64,000 nt of DNA, taken from Kiritimatiellia bacterium (GTDB taxonomy: Bacteria > Verrucomicrobiota > Kiritimatiellia > RFP12 > JBMNHG01). Below, in pieces: positions 31,326 to 42,513 of the stretch (position 1 is its first letter; each line of letters starts with the position of its first letter). The notes under the pieces were generated by a model. That model saw nothing but the letters and a program-made list of their open reading frames with translations. It had not been told where the DNA came from and did no database searches. The stretch is from the NCBI GenBank assembly GCA_050950285.1, contig JBMNHG010000011.1:248001-312000 (forward strand). The letters are read 5' to 3'. The translations under genes were made by a program, and so were the position numbers.

Positions 31326-32933
31326 ATGTTCGAATTCGTCCACAAGCTGCTACCGCGCAAATCGACGAACCGCGAGATCATCATCAACGTCGAAAAACTC
31401 GAGTCGCGCGTCGCCCTCGTCGAAAACGGCCGCCTCGAAGAGTTCCAGGTGGAGCACCCCTGCCAGGAACGACTTGTCGGGTCGATCTTCAAAGGACGCA
31501 TCCAGAACCTCGAGAACGACCTCCAGGCGGCCTTCGTGGACATCGGCCTCAAGAAGAACGCCTTCCTCCACTACTGGGACATGTTCCCCGACGACGAAAG
31601 CCGCCTCGACGACGAGAACGACTCCGACGAAGGCAGCTCCAGCCGCCGTCCGTCCAAGCGCCGCCGCATCTCGAACGAAGAGGTCGCCAAGCGCTTCCCC
31701 CCCGGATCCGAAATCATCGTGCAGATCACCAAGGGCCCCATCTCCACGAAAGGCCCGCGCGTCACCGCCTCCCTCTCCATCCCCGGCCGCCACCTCGTGA
31801 TGATGCCCGGATGCCGCCTGCGCGGCGTCTCCCGCAAGATCGGCGACGGCAAGGAACGCGCGCGCCTCAAGAAGATCCTCGACCGGCTGCCCTTGCCCGA
31901 CGACACCGGGCTCATCGTCCGAACCGTCGGCGCCGGCGCCAGCAAGCGTTCCTTCGTGCGCGACGTCCGCAACCTGTGGTCCATCTGGGACGACCTCCAG
32001 GACAACATCCGCACGAAGAGGGCCCCCTGCTGCGTCTACCAGGAACCCGACCTGGTCGAACGGGTCGTGCGCGACCGGTTCACCGAGGAAATCGACCGCG
32101 TGATCATCGACGACACCGAGTCCTACGAACGCATCCGCGCCATCGCCGCCCGCATCTCGCGCCGCGCGAAGTCCATGATCCACCACTACGACGGCCCGGC
32201 CGCCATCTTCGAGCACTACGGCATCGAGCGCCAGCTCGAAGAGGCCTTCCGCCGCAAGGTGCCCCTCAAGAGCGGCGGCTACATCGTGATCGACGAGACC
32301 GAAGCCCTCATCGCCGTGGACGTGAACACCGGCCGCCACAAGGGCAAGGGAACCCAGGAGGAGGCCATCCTCGAGGTGAACCTCGACGCCGTGGAGGAGG
32401 TCGCCCGCCAACTCCGCCTCCGCAACATCGGCGGACTCGTCGTGCTCGATCTCATCGACATGAAGAGCCGCAAGCACCAGGCCACCGTCTACAAGGCCAT
32501 GAAGGCCGCCCTCAAGCGGGACAAGGTCCGCACCAACGTCCTGCCCATCTCCGACCTCGGCCTGATGGAGATGACCCGCCAGCGACAGGAGGAAAGCCTC
32601 CTTTCGCAGGTATACGCCGACTGCCCCTACTGCCGCGGCCACGGCCTGATCCGTTCCCCGCTGTCCTTGAGCATCGACATCCAGCGCCAGATCGGCACGC
32701 TCCAGCGCAAGCTCCAGAACGAACACCGCTCCGTCGACGTGCAAGTGCTCGTGGCCCCCTCCGTCCTCGACCGCCTGCGCCGCGAGGACGAGGCCATGTT
32801 CGTGGAACTCCAGCGCAACTTCCCCGGACGCATCGTCTTCAGGTCCGAGCCCCAGCGCCACCCCGAGTCGTTTTCCATCATCGACAACAACGGGAATACC
32901 CTGTATTCTGCCGGTGAATCGAAATCGCTGTAG
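31326..32933 (+). CDS. rng: Ribonuclease G/E family
   Basis: QAAFVDIG, KGPRVT, AVDVNTG, QLRLRNIGG and CPYCRG motifs. Confidence 0.92.
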   Translation: MFEFVHKLLPRKSTNREIIINVEKLESRVALVENGRLEEFQVEHPCQERLVGSIFKGRIQNLENDLQAAFVDIGLKKNAFLHYWDMFPDDESRLDDENDSDEGSSSRRPSKRRRISNEEVAKRFPPGSEIIVQITKGPISTKGPRVTASLSIPGRHLVMMPGCRLRGVSRKIGDGKERARLKKILDRLPLPDDTGLIVRTVGAGASKRSFVRDVRNLWSIWDDLQDNIRTKRAPCCVYQEPDLVERVVRDRFTEEIDRVIIDDTESYERIRAIAARISRRAKSMIHHYDGPAAIFEHYGIERQLEEAFRRKVPLKSGGYIVIDETEALIAVDVNTGRHKGKGTQEEAILEVNLDAVEEVARQLRLRNIGGLVVLDLIDMKSRKHQATVYKAMKAALKRDKVRTNVLPISDLGLMEMTRQRQEESLLSQVYADCPYCRGHGLIRSPLSLSIDIQRQIGTLQRKLQNEHRSVDVQVLVAPSVLDRLRREDEAMFVELQRNFPGRIVFRSEPQRHPESFSIIDNNGNTLYSAGESKSL

Positions 32934-33003
32934 ACGGAATCCGCCGGGGTGCCTCCGCCTTGCGCGCGAGATGCCCCGGCGGCTTTTCCTCCCGAGGACT
33001 TCC

Positions 33004-35302
33004 ATGCGCCCGACCTGTCGCTTCCGCCTCTCCGCCGCGCTGCTGGCGGCGTGCCTGTCCGCTCCAGCCGGAGCCCTCTTCGCCCTTCCTGCCGTGGACC
33101 GCTTCCTCCCGTCGATGGACGATGCCGAGGACGCCGTGCCGGACATCACGGCGGCCTCCATCCACTTCGACAGGGAATCGGGCTGGTACACCGCCTCCGG
33201 AAACGTCCGCATCGTGTACGGGAACAACGAACTCCATGCCGAAGAGGTCCGCCTGGATCCCGAATCGGGCGAAGTCCGGGCCTCCGGAAACGTCCGGCTC
33301 ATCCGCAAGGACCAAAGCACCTGGACGGGCGACAACATCGCCTACAACTACAAGACCGGGGCCGGCCTCGCCTCCGTGCTCGACGTCCGAAGCGACCCCT
33401 TCACCGTCCACGCCGAGGAAAGCTCCCGCCAGGCCGACGGCACCTTCCTGCTCGACCGCGTGCAGGTGACCACCTGCACCAACGAACTCGGCGCCTTCCA
33501 CTACCACGTCAGCGGCAGGGAGACCGAATTCAAGCCGGGCGGATACTTCAAAGCCCGCCACGCCGTCCTCCGCCTCGGCCGGGTCCCCATCTTCTACGTC
33601 CCCTACTGGTACCGCGATTTCGAACACCACTACGGCTTCCGCTTCGTCCCCGGCTACTCCTCCCGCTGGGGCGCCTACCTCCTCTCCGCCTACACCTTCA
33701 AGATGGTCGACTTCGGCAAGGACGACCTCGGCAAGGACATGTCGCTCAACTCGAAGACCCACCTCGACCTCCGCTCGAAGCGCGGCGTGGCCGTCGGGCA
33801 GGACTTCTCGTGGGCTCTCGGCGGCGGCGGACGAGGCTTCCTCTCCGGCTACCTGCTGGACGACGACGACCCCGGCACGCGCTGCGTCTCCCCGTATGAC
33901 GAACTCGACCCCGAACGCTACCGCGTCCGGGCCGAGCACGACCTCCTCTTCTCGCCCTACGACCGCATCCGCCTCCAGGCCACCTACCTCAGCGACAACG
34001 ACGTGCTCAGGGACTTCTTCGAGGACGACTACCGCGTCTCCCCCCAGCCCGCAAACTACCTCGCCTACTCGCACAACGCCGATTCGTACACCTTCGGCGT
34101 CGGCGCCTACGGCCGCTTGAACGACTTCTACGGCAGCGTCAACCGCCTCCCCGAGGCGTGGATGGAGACCTACCGCCGGGAGATCTTCGACACGGGCCTC
34201 TACTACCAAGGGGAAACGCGCGGCGGCTGGCTCCAGCGCGAATTCGCCGACTTCTCCGACGTCGACCCCTCCCTCGCCGCCGCCGATGCATACGACACCG
34301 TCCGCGTCGACACCCACCACATGGTCTATCTGCCGAAGAAGTTCTTCCGCTTCCTCCAGGTGGTCCCCCGCGCCGGCTTCCGCGCCACCTACTACGGCGA
34401 CACCCTCCGCAACGAGACCGCCGTCCTGCCCGCCACCACCACCATCGAGACGAACGATCTGGGGCAGGCCGTGACCGTCCTCCATCCCGAGGAAAACCGT
34501 CACCGTCCAGTCCCCCGACGGCTCCGGAATCCGCTTCTGTCCCGAATTGGGCATGGAGGTCTCCTTCCAGGCCTTCGGCTGGTACGAAGACGCCGCCGGA
34601 AAGCCGTGGCGCCACGTCGTCGAACCCTACCTGAACTACACCTTCATCCCCGAGCCGTCGCTCGTCCCCGGCGAACTTCTCCAGTTCGATTCCGTGGATC
34701 GCCTGGATCTCACCCACCGGCTGAAGCTCGGAAACCGCCACCTGCTGCAGACGAAGGGCGCCGACGGGCGCGTCACCACGCCCCTGGACATCGACCTCTA
34801 CGGCATTTTCGACATCGACGGCCCCGGCGAGAATCCGGAGACCGGCCTTCGTTCGATCCGCCACGGACGGCAGGCTCCGCCCCCGCCCGCTGGCTTCGCG
34901 TGGACTTCGATGCGCTGTACGACGCCGACGAATCGGAAGTCGCCGTGGCCGACGGCCGGCTCTGGCTCCTGGACACCCCCCTCTGGAACGCCTATGGCGA
35001 AGTGAACTACCGCGTGGACCGCTCCACGCTCTACACGGGCGGCATCGTCTTCTCCATGAGCGACGCGTGGTCGGTAAACGCCTACAGCCGTTTCGAAGCC
35101 GAGGAATCGGAGGTCGAGGAGATCGGCGGCTACATCCAGTATCAGACCGACTGCCTCATCTTCCGCCTGAAGGGCCGCTACCTGCCAGGCTACACCCGCT
35201 CCGACGGCCACGAGGAGGAGGACGACTACCGGATCTCCCTCAACGTCTGGCTTCGCGCCTTCCCGCCGGACGACATCGAGGCCCCGACCCCCATGGAACT
35301 GA
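33004..35302 (+). CDS. lptD: LPS-assembly protein LptD with three apparent +1 indels (near 34495, 34859 and 34882); end uncertain
   Basis: OstA-like N-terminus (ASGNVRI), TTC and VPIFYVPY motifs, beta-barrel pattern. The segment 34500-34860 reads sensibly only in another frame (ORF 34547..35005). Confidence 0.75.
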
Positions 35303-35733
35303 GCGTGCGAAAAGAAGGTTTCTCCCTCGTCGAACTGCTGGTCGCGGTCGCCATCATGGTGATCCTCGCCGGCGTGGTGGGGCTGAAGCTCGTGAACGTC
35401 CCGGGCAAGGCCCGCGTCGCCCGCGCCAAGACGGAGGTGGCGCTCTTCAAGACCGCCCTTCAGATGTACGTGAACGACAACCGCGCGCTGCCGACCGCGC
35501 GCCAGGGGCTCTCCGCGCTCGTTGAAAAACCGACCCTCCCGCCCATTCCCGAAAACTACCCTCCGGGCGGCTACCTCGACCGCCCCACGCTTCCGCTCGA
35601 CCCCTGGGGCAACGACTACCTCTACCTCGTCCCCGGCTCCCGGGGAGAAGCGTTCGAAGTCCTCAGCTACGGCGCCGACGCCCAGCCGGGCGGCGAGGGC
35701 GAGGCCGCCGACATCTCCAGTTCCGATCTCTGA
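35293..35733 (+). CDS. gspG: Type II secretion major pseudopilin GspG
   Basis: Prepilin motif GFSLVELLVAVAI, then GLSALVEKP, DPWGNDY and SYGADAQPGGEGEAADI. Confidence 0.92.
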   Translation: MELSVRKEGFSLVELLVAVAIMVILAGVVGLKLVNVPGKARVARAKTEVALFKTALQMYVNDNRALPTARQGLSALVEKPTLPPIPENYPPGGYLDRPTLPLDPWGNDYLYLVPGSRGEAFEVLSYGADAQPGGEGEAADISSSDL

Positions 35734-35819
35734 AACCCATCCGTCCCGTCGAAGCCGACACCGCCCGATCCGGCGGCGACTTCCATCCCTGCAGAATCCC
35801 CGCCACGGAAAACCACGCC

Positions 35820-37399
35820 ATGCGCCTTTCCCATGCTTCGCTGCTCGCCGGAGCCCTGCTGACGGCCGCCGCGCGCCTCCCGGCCGCCGAACTTTCGATT
35901 TCGCCGCTCTTCGCCGACCACGCCGTGCTCCAGCGTGACTGCGATGTGCCCGTCTGGGGGACGTGCGACCCCGGAGCCAAGGTCGTCGTGTCGTTCGCCG
36001 GGAGCGACGCCGCCGCGACGGCGGACGCCGGAGGCCGCTGGAAGGCCGTCCTCCCCCCGATGGAGGCGAGCGACGAGCCGCGCGAGATGACCGTCTCCAC
36101 CGACGGCGCCGGACCCCTCGTCGTCCGGGACGTGCTCGTGGGCGAGGTGTGGGTCTGCTCGGGCCAGTCGAACATGCAGTTCGAACTCGACCGCGCCGAC
36201 GGCGCCGACGGGCTGATCGCCGCTTCGGACAATCCGCGCATCCGCCTTTTCCAGGTGCAGGGCGCGATCGAGTTCGAGCCGCAGCGCGACCTGCGCGGCA
36301 CGTGGATGCGGTGCACCCCCGAAACCTCCCCGAAGTTCTCGGCCCTGGCGTACCTCTTCGGGCGCGAGATCGAATCGCGCCTCCACGTGCCCGTCGGGCT
36401 GGTGCATGCTTCGCAGGGATGGACCCCCGGCGAGGCGTGGATGAGCCGCGAGTCGCTGATGGGCGAGCCGTCGCTCCGCTACCTCGTCGAGGCCTGGGAC
36501 AAGGTCACGGAAGAGTTCCCGCGCCTCTCCGGGAGCATGCCGCGAAGATGGACGAGTGGCGGAAGGCCGCCGACGCCGCGAAGGAGAAGGGCGCCGAACC
36601 GCCGCCCCAGCCGCGCGGCCCGATGGATCCCCGCTTCCTCCACCGCGCGAGCGGCTTCTACAACGGCTGCATCGCGCCGATGGCCGGCCTCGCCATGCGC
36701 GGGGTGATCTGGTACCAGGGCGAGACCAACGAAGTGCGCGGCCACGAATACCGCGTGCTCTTCCCCGCCCTCATCCAAGGGTGGCGCAAGGCGTGGGCGC
36801 GCGACTTCCCCTTCCTCTTCGTGCAGGTCGCGGCCGTCCTCCCGCCCGACCCCGAGCCCGTCCCGAGCGAATGGGCGGAACTGCGCGAGTCGCAGGCGCT
36901 GGCGCTCCGCCTCCCGCAAACCGGCATGGCCTGCACCATCGACATCGGCGACCGCGACGACGTCCATCCCCGGAACAAGCTGGAGGCCGCCCGCCGCCTC
37001 GCCCTCGTCGCCCGCGCAAAGGTCTACGGCGAAACGGACCTCGTCTTCTCCGGACCCGTCTTCAAGAAGGCCGTCTTCGAGGACGGGAAGGCGCGGGTCG
37101 CCTTCGACCACATCGGAGGAGGCCTCGTCGCAAAGGATGGGCCGCCCGCCACCTTCCAGCTCGCCGGGGAGGACCGGAAGTTCGTCTACGCGCAGGCGGA
37201 GATCGACGGCGACTCCGTCGTCGTCTCCAGCGAGGCGGTCCCCAACCCCGTCGCCGTGCGCTATGCGTGGAACAACAATCCCGAGGGATGCAACCTCTAC
37301 AACGCCGAGGGACTCCCCTGCGTGCCCTTCCGGAGCGACGACTGGCCGTGCAAGACCCTCGATTCGCGCGATGCGATGGTCCTCCAGCAGGCCCCTTGA
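35820..37399 (+). CDS. Sialate O-acetylesterase family (SASA), with one apparent frameshift near 36525
   Basis: GEVWVCSGQSNM in ORF 35820; GVIWYQGE, DVHPRNK and VRYAW in ORF 35963..37399. Confidence 0.85.
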
Positions 37400-37424
37400 C
37401 CCGTGAGACAAGCCGCGACTCGCC

Positions 37425-37745
37425 ATGGACGACTGGATTGACATCCGGAAGGACGACGCCCACGTGGCCCGCGAACGAGCCCGTGCGCGCGAGCTTCGCA
37501 AGTCCGCCTGGTGGAAGGCGCAAGTGCGGCGCGGCGTCTGCCGCTACTGCGGGCGGGAGGTCCCGCCCGGAGAACTCACGATGGATCACGTGGTCCCCGT
37601 GTCTCGCGGAGGACGCAGCACGCGCGGCAACGTCGTGCCCTGCTGCCCCGCATGCAACAAGGCCAAGAGCGCCCGGACCCCGGCCGAAACGCTCCTCGAC
37701 TCCCTTTTCGAACCCGGCCCCGCCGACGATTCCAACGGGTCGTAG
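37425..37745 (+). CDS. Small HNH endonuclease
   Basis: CRYC, TMDHVVPVSRGG and NVVPCCPACNKAK motifs. Confidence 0.9.
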   Translation: MDDWIDIRKDDAHVARERARARELRKSAWWKAQVRRGVCRYCGREVPPGELTMDHVVPVSRGGRSTRGNVVPCCPACNKAKSARTPAETLLDSLFEPGPADDSNGS

Positions 37746-37799
37746 CGCGGGAACCCGCGACACCCCCATCCCGAAACCTCGAAACCAAGGAAACCCCCC

Positions 37800-39782
37800 A
37801 TGTACATTGGAGCCGATTACTATCCGGAACACTGGGACAGGCGCCGCTGGCGCAAGGACGCCGAGCTGATGCAAAAGGCCGGATTCAACGTGGTGCGCAT
37901 GGCCGAGTTCGCCTGGGTCTTCCTCGAGCCCGAAGAAGGACGCTTCGAATTCGATTGGCTCGACGAGGCGATCGGCGTGCTCCATGCCCGCGGCATTTCC
38001 ACCATCCTGGGCACGCCCACCGCCGTGATGCCCGCGTGGCTCGCGCGCCACTATCCCGAAACCCTCTCCGTGGACGCCAAGGGCCACCGCGTCGAATGGG
38101 GCGTCCGCAAGAACAACTGCTTCTCCAGCGGCGCCTACCGCCTCCTCTCCGAGCGGATCACCCGCGCCATGGCCGGGCACTTCCACGACAATCCCGCCGT
38201 AATCGGCTGGCAGACGGACAACGAGTTCGGCGGCCCCGAATGCTTCTGCGACAGCTGCCGCGCCGAGTGGCATGCGTGGCTGCGCCGCCGCTATGGCGCC
38301 ATCGACGCGCTGAACAAGGCGTGGGGCACGCACTTCTGGGGCCACGTCTTCCGCGAGTGGGACGAGATCGCCCTCCCGGTCGATCCGGCCTCCCACAACC
38401 CCTCCGCCTGCCTCGATTGGAAGCGCTTCCACTCCTGGATCCAGGTGCGCTTCCAGCACGACCAGGTCGCCATCCTGCGCGAGGTCTGCCCGAAGCACTT
38501 CATCACCCACAACTTCATGGGCCTCTACTCGGGCCTCGACTACTACGACCTCGCCCGCGACCTCGACTTCGTGAGCTGGGACAACTACCCCGTATGGGGC
38601 GCGCCTCCCGCCCAGCTGGACATGTCCGCCTTCGCCGCGGACGTGATGCGCGGCCTCAAGCGCAAGAATTTCTGGATCATGGAACAGACCGCCGGGCCCG
38701 GCGGCTGGAGCCACTTCGGGCGCAACCCGCGCCCCGGCGAAATCCGCAGCGTGGCCTACCAGCAGCTCGCCCGCGGCGCCGACGGCCAAGTCTGGTTCCG
38801 CTGGCGCACCTGCACCGCCGGCCGCGAACAGTACTGGCACGGCCTGCTCCAGCACGACGGCCGCCCCCTCCGCCGCTACAAGGAGGCCGCGCAGGTCGCC
38901 TCCGAGTACCGCCGCCTCGCCCCCGAACTCGCCGGCACCACCGTGAAGGCCGAGGTCGCGATGGTCTATGACTACGAAACCATCTGGGCCACGGACATCC
39001 AGCCGGGCTACGAAGGCCACTCCTATCAGGAAGCGGCGCGCCGCTTTTATGCCGCGCTGCACCGGCTCGGCGTCAACGTGGACATCATCCCTCCGTCCGC
39101 CGATTTCTCCGCCTACAAGTTCGTCCTCGCCCCGGACCTCTACCTCCTCCCCGACGCGCTCGCGAAGCGGCTCGATGCCTATGTGAAGGCCGGCGGCGTC
39201 CTGCTGGCGGACTGCCGCCTCGGCGTGAAGGACGAGACTTCGCTCTGCCACGAACGCACGCTCCCCGGCCTCCTCTCCGACGTCCTCGGCATCGCCATCG
39301 AGGAATACAGCACCATCCCCGAGGCCGAAGGCACGCCCGTCGCCGGCGGCAAGGACTTCCCCGGCCGCTTCACCGCCGAACGCTACGCCGACTACGTGAA
39401 GCCGCGCGCCGCTTCCGCCCTCGCTTCGTTCGAAGCCTGGTACCTGAAGTGCTTCGCCGCGCTCACCCGCAACGCCTACGGCAAAGGTGTCGCCTGGTAC
39501 GTCGGCACCGTCGTCCGCGAACCGGAGTTCTACGACCGGCTGATGGCCGAGGCCATTGCCTCCGCCGGCGTAAAACCGCTCCTTCCCGCAACCGCGCCGC
39601 TCGGCGTGGAGGTCTCCTGCCGCGAAGGCGGGGGCCGCAAGCTCCTCTTCGTGGTGAACCATACGCAGGAGCCCGTCGAGGTCGCCGTGCCCGCCGGAAA
39701 AACGGACCTTCTCTCCGGCGGGAAGACGGGCGAGACCCTCGCGCTCGACCGCTACGGCGTCGCCGTGCTCAAAATGAAGTAG
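37800..39782 (+). CDS. Beta-galactosidase, GH42
   Basis: GADYYPEHW, MAEFAW, WQTDNE, SWDNYP, FWIMEQ and EQYWHG motifs. Confidence 0.93.
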   Translation: MYIGADYYPEHWDRRRWRKDAELMQKAGFNVVRMAEFAWVFLEPEEGRFEFDWLDEAIGVLHARGISTILGTPTAVMPAWLARHYPETLSVDAKGHRVEWGVRKNNCFSSGAYRLLSERITRAMAGHFHDNPAVIGWQTDNEFGGPECFCDSCRAEWHAWLRRRYGAIDALNKAWGTHFWGHVFREWDEIALPVDPASHNPSACLDWKRFHSWIQVRFQHDQVAILREVCPKHFITHNFMGLYSGLDYYDLARDLDFVSWDNYPVWGAPPAQLDMSAFAADVMRGLKRKNFWIMEQTAGPGGWSHFGRNPRPGEIRSVAYQQLARGADGQVWFRWRTCTAGREQYWHGLLQHDGRPLRRYKEAAQVASEYRRLAPELAGTTVKAEVAMVYDYETIWATDIQPGYEGHSYQEAARRFYAALHRLGVNVDIIPPSADFSAYKFVLAPDLYLLPDALAKRLDAYVKAGGVLLADCRLGVKDETSLCHERTLPGLLSDVLGIAIEEYSTIPEAEGTPVAGGKDFPGRFTAERYADYVKPRAASALASFEAWYLKCFAALTRNAYGKGVAWYVGTVVREPEFYDRLMAEAIASAGVKPLLPATAPLGVEVSCREGGGRKLLFVVNHTQEPVEVAVPAGKTDLLSGGKTGETLALDRYGVAVLKMK

Positions 39783-39807
39783 CCCCGCAAAAGGCAGGAG
39801 AAACGCC

Positions 39808-41010
39808 ATGGCCGTCACGGAAGTCACCGACATCAAGAATCCCGACTGGATGGAACGCCTCGGCTCGTCCTTCAAGGGGATCCTCTTCGGGCTCCTCCTC
39901 TTCGTCCTCGGATTCCCGCTCCTCTTCTGGAACGAAGGACGCGCAGTCAAAACGGCACGCCGCCTTTCGGAAGGCGCCGGCGCCGTGGCGAGCGTCCCGG
40001 CGGACGCCATCGAGCCCGCCAACGAAGGCCGGCTGGTGCATGTGTCCGGAATGGCCTCCGTGGACGGCGCGATCGCGGATGACGCCTTCGGAGTGTCCGC
40101 GCGCGCTATCCGCCTGGATCGCCAGGTCGAAATCTTCCAGTGGGTCGAGCACGCCGAGACCCGGGTGGAAAGGGAAGGGGACGCAGAGAAGAAGATCACC
40201 ACGTACACCTACTCCCGGGAATGGTGCGACGCCCCCGTCGACTCCTCGCGCTTCAAGGAGGAAGGACACGAGAATTCCACCACGCCGGCCTTCGGCCACG
40301 CGCAATGGCTCGCCCCTGCCGTGAAACTCGGCGCCTTCTCCCTCTCCCCGTCGAACATCCGGAGGATCGGGGGAGCGCGGCCTTTCGCGCTGCCGCAGGA
40401 CTACGCGCTTCCCGGGGCCTTGGTGGACGCGGGCGCCCAAGTCGTCGGGAACGCAGTGCTGGTGCCCGTCGCCCCGCCGCCGCAGGCCGCCCCATCCACG
40501 AACGGCGCGCCCGCCGCGGGGGCGGCGCCCCGTTCGGTGGCGGCAACCCCCGAAATCGGGGATCTGCGGGTGACCTTCCGCGTGATCGATCCGCACGAAA
40601 TCTCCCTCGTGGGGAAGCAGGCGGGAAATCGCTTCGAGCCGTGGACGGGGAAGGACGGCAAGAGCCTGTCGCTCCAGTGCGACGGAATCGCCGACGCCGC
40701 AACGATGTTCGCAGCGGCGCAATCCGCCGGCAAGAACGTCGCGTGGCTTCTTCGCCTTGCGGGCTTCCTGCTGATGTTCGTGGGCCTGCGGATGGTCTTC
40801 AGGCCGCTGGCGGTGCTGGTGGACGTGATTCCCGTCGTCCGCGCGCTCGTCTCGGGCGGCGTCGCGCTGGCCGCCTTCGTCCTCGCGCTGGCCTGCGCGC
40901 TCGTGACGATTTCCATAGCCTGGATCGCGTACCGCCCCCTTCTGGCGATTCCCCTGCTGGTCGTCGCGGTCGCGCTGGTCGTCTTCGCCTTCCGCCGCAA
41001 GCGCGCATGA
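39808..41010 (+). CDS. TMEM43/DUF1625 family membrane protein
   Basis: LLFWNEGRAV, NEGRLVHVSG, VEIFQWVE and IGDLRV motifs; C-terminal TM helices with IAWIAYRP. Confidence 0.85.
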   Translation: MAVTEVTDIKNPDWMERLGSSFKGILFGLLLFVLGFPLLFWNEGRAVKTARRLSEGAGAVASVPADAIEPANEGRLVHVSGMASVDGAIADDAFGVSARAIRLDRQVEIFQWVEHAETRVEREGDAEKKITTYTYSREWCDAPVDSSRFKEEGHENSTTPAFGHAQWLAPAVKLGAFSLSPSNIRRIGGARPFALPQDYALPGALVDAGAQVVGNAVLVPVAPPPQAAPSTNGAPAAGAAPRSVAATPEIGDLRVTFRVIDPHEISLVGKQAGNRFEPWTGKDGKSLSLQCDGIADAATMFAAAQSAGKNVAWLLRLAGFLLMFVGLRMVFRPLAVLVDVIPVVRALVSGGVALAAFVLALACALVTISIAWIAYRPLLAIPLLVVAVALVVFAFRRKRA

Positions 41011-41166
41011 CGGCCTTCCCCCGGACCGCCCGCCCGAGGGGCCCGTTGCAGGGCGTTTCCCGCGTTCGCGTGGTTGCGCCTTGCCCGTTCCTTCCGCCTT
41101 CGGTATGATGGGTCAAATATGCGCCTTGCCGATGATGGCGCGGTGCGTCACTGGAGAGTTTCCGTC

Positions 41167-42504
41167 ATGGCAGGTTCCCTTTCCGATTTCTTCGCCCGTC
41201 ACCGCTTCACCCCCGAAGGCCCGGATGCCGGGCGATTGCTCGCCGCCTTCCGCCGCGAAATGTCCGCCGGCCTCGCCGGGAGGCCCAGTTCGCTCCAGAT
41301 GATCCCCGCCTTCGTGCGCGCGGACGGCCGGGTGCCCGCCAACACGCCGGTCGTGGTGCTCGATGCGGGCGGCACGAACCTGCGCGTGACCACCGTCTCC
41401 TTCGGCGAAGACGGCGCCGCGAAGGTCGCCCCCTTCCAGAAGGCGCCGATGCCCGGCACCCGCGGGCGCCTCTCCGCCACCGCCTTCTTCGAAGCCCTCG
41501 CGGACGCGATGATGCCCGTTCTCCGGAAGGCGGAGAAGCCCGCCAAGGGCAAGCTCGACGTGGGCTTCTGCTTCTCCTACCCCGCCACCATCACCCCCGG
41601 GCTGGACGCCGTGCTCCTGCACTGGAGCAAGGAGGTCGACGCCCCCGCGGTCATCGGCAAGGCCATCGGCGCATCGCTGGCGAAGGTGCTGCGCAAACGT
41701 GGGTACGACGTGCGCTTCATCGTGTTGAACGACACCGTGGCCACGCTCCTCTCCGGGAAATCCGCCGGCAAAGGCAAGGACTACGCCGGCTACGTGGGCT
41801 TCATCCTCGGCACCGGCACGAACACCGCCTACGTGGAGCGGGTGTCGAAGATCGGCAAGCTGAAGGATGCCGGGGTGGCGGTGGACGCAGACACGATGAT
41901 CGTCAACGTCGAGTCCGGCAACTTCTCGAAGGCCCCCACAAGCGACTTCGACGACCTCTTCGACGCCACCACCAAGACCGCCGGCGTCTATCGCTTCGAG
42001 AAGATGATCTCCGGCGGCTACCTTGGCGGTCTCGGCGAAACCACCCTCAAACTCGCCGCCCGGGAGGGACTCTTCTCCGCCGCCGGCGCCGCGAAGATCG
42101 CCTCGCTCTCGAATCTCCCGAACATGGATTTGGACAACTTCGCGGCCGACCCCGCGAACGGCGGCGCCCTCGCCGCGCTCGGCCTTTCGCCGGCGGATGC
42201 CCGCCTCGTGGCCCGCATCGCCAAGGCCCTCTACACGCGCGCCGCGCACCTCGCCGCCATCAACATCGCCGCCGGAGCCCTCGCCAGCTGCAACTGGCGC
42301 GCCGCGGAAAAACCCGTGCTCGTGGACATCGACGGCTCGACCTACTACCTCACCCGCTCCGTCCCCTTCGCGAAGATCGTCCGCAAGGACCTCTCCGCCA
42401 TCCTCGGCCCCAAGGGCGTGAAGGTCGAACTCGTGAACGTGGACGACGCCCCCATCATCGGCGCCGCCGTGGCCGGACTGACCTGCCCCCCGCTTCCATC
42501 GTAG
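41167..42504 (+). CDS. Hexokinase (Hexokinase_1/Hexokinase_2 family)
   Basis: LDAGGTNLR, GFCFSYP, WSKE, LNDTVATL, ILGTGTNTAY and FEKMISGGYLG motifs. Confidence 0.9.
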   Translation: MAGSLSDFFARHRFTPEGPDAGRLLAAFRREMSAGLAGRPSSLQMIPAFVRADGRVPANTPVVVLDAGGTNLRVTTVSFGEDGAAKVAPFQKAPMPGTRGRLSATAFFEALADAMMPVLRKAEKPAKGKLDVGFCFSYPATITPGLDAVLLHWSKEVDAPAVIGKAIGASLAKVLRKRGYDVRFIVLNDTVATLLSGKSAGKGKDYAGYVGFILGTGTNTAYVERVSKIGKLKDAGVAVDADTMIVNVESGNFSKAPTSDFDDLFDATTKTAGVYRFEKMISGGYLGGLGETTLKLAAREGLFSAAGAAKIASLSNLPNMDLDNFAADPANGGALAALGLSPADARLVARIAKALYTRAAHLAAINIAAGALASCNWRAAEKPVLVDIDGSTYYLTRSVPFAKIVRKDLSAILGPKGVKVELVNVDDAPIIGAAVAGLTCPPLPS

Positions 42505-42513
42505 AGGACCCCC

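Noticed and set aside
32914..35733. Genuine 939-aa single protein as given by the ORF track
   Set aside because: Contains an out-of-frame stretch created by three compensating indels and joins two unrelated genes.
37425..37745. HNH gene as a homing endonuclease or defence nuclease
   Set aside because: A common stand-alone ~100-aa HNH family with host-like GC and no intron, methylase or mobile context.
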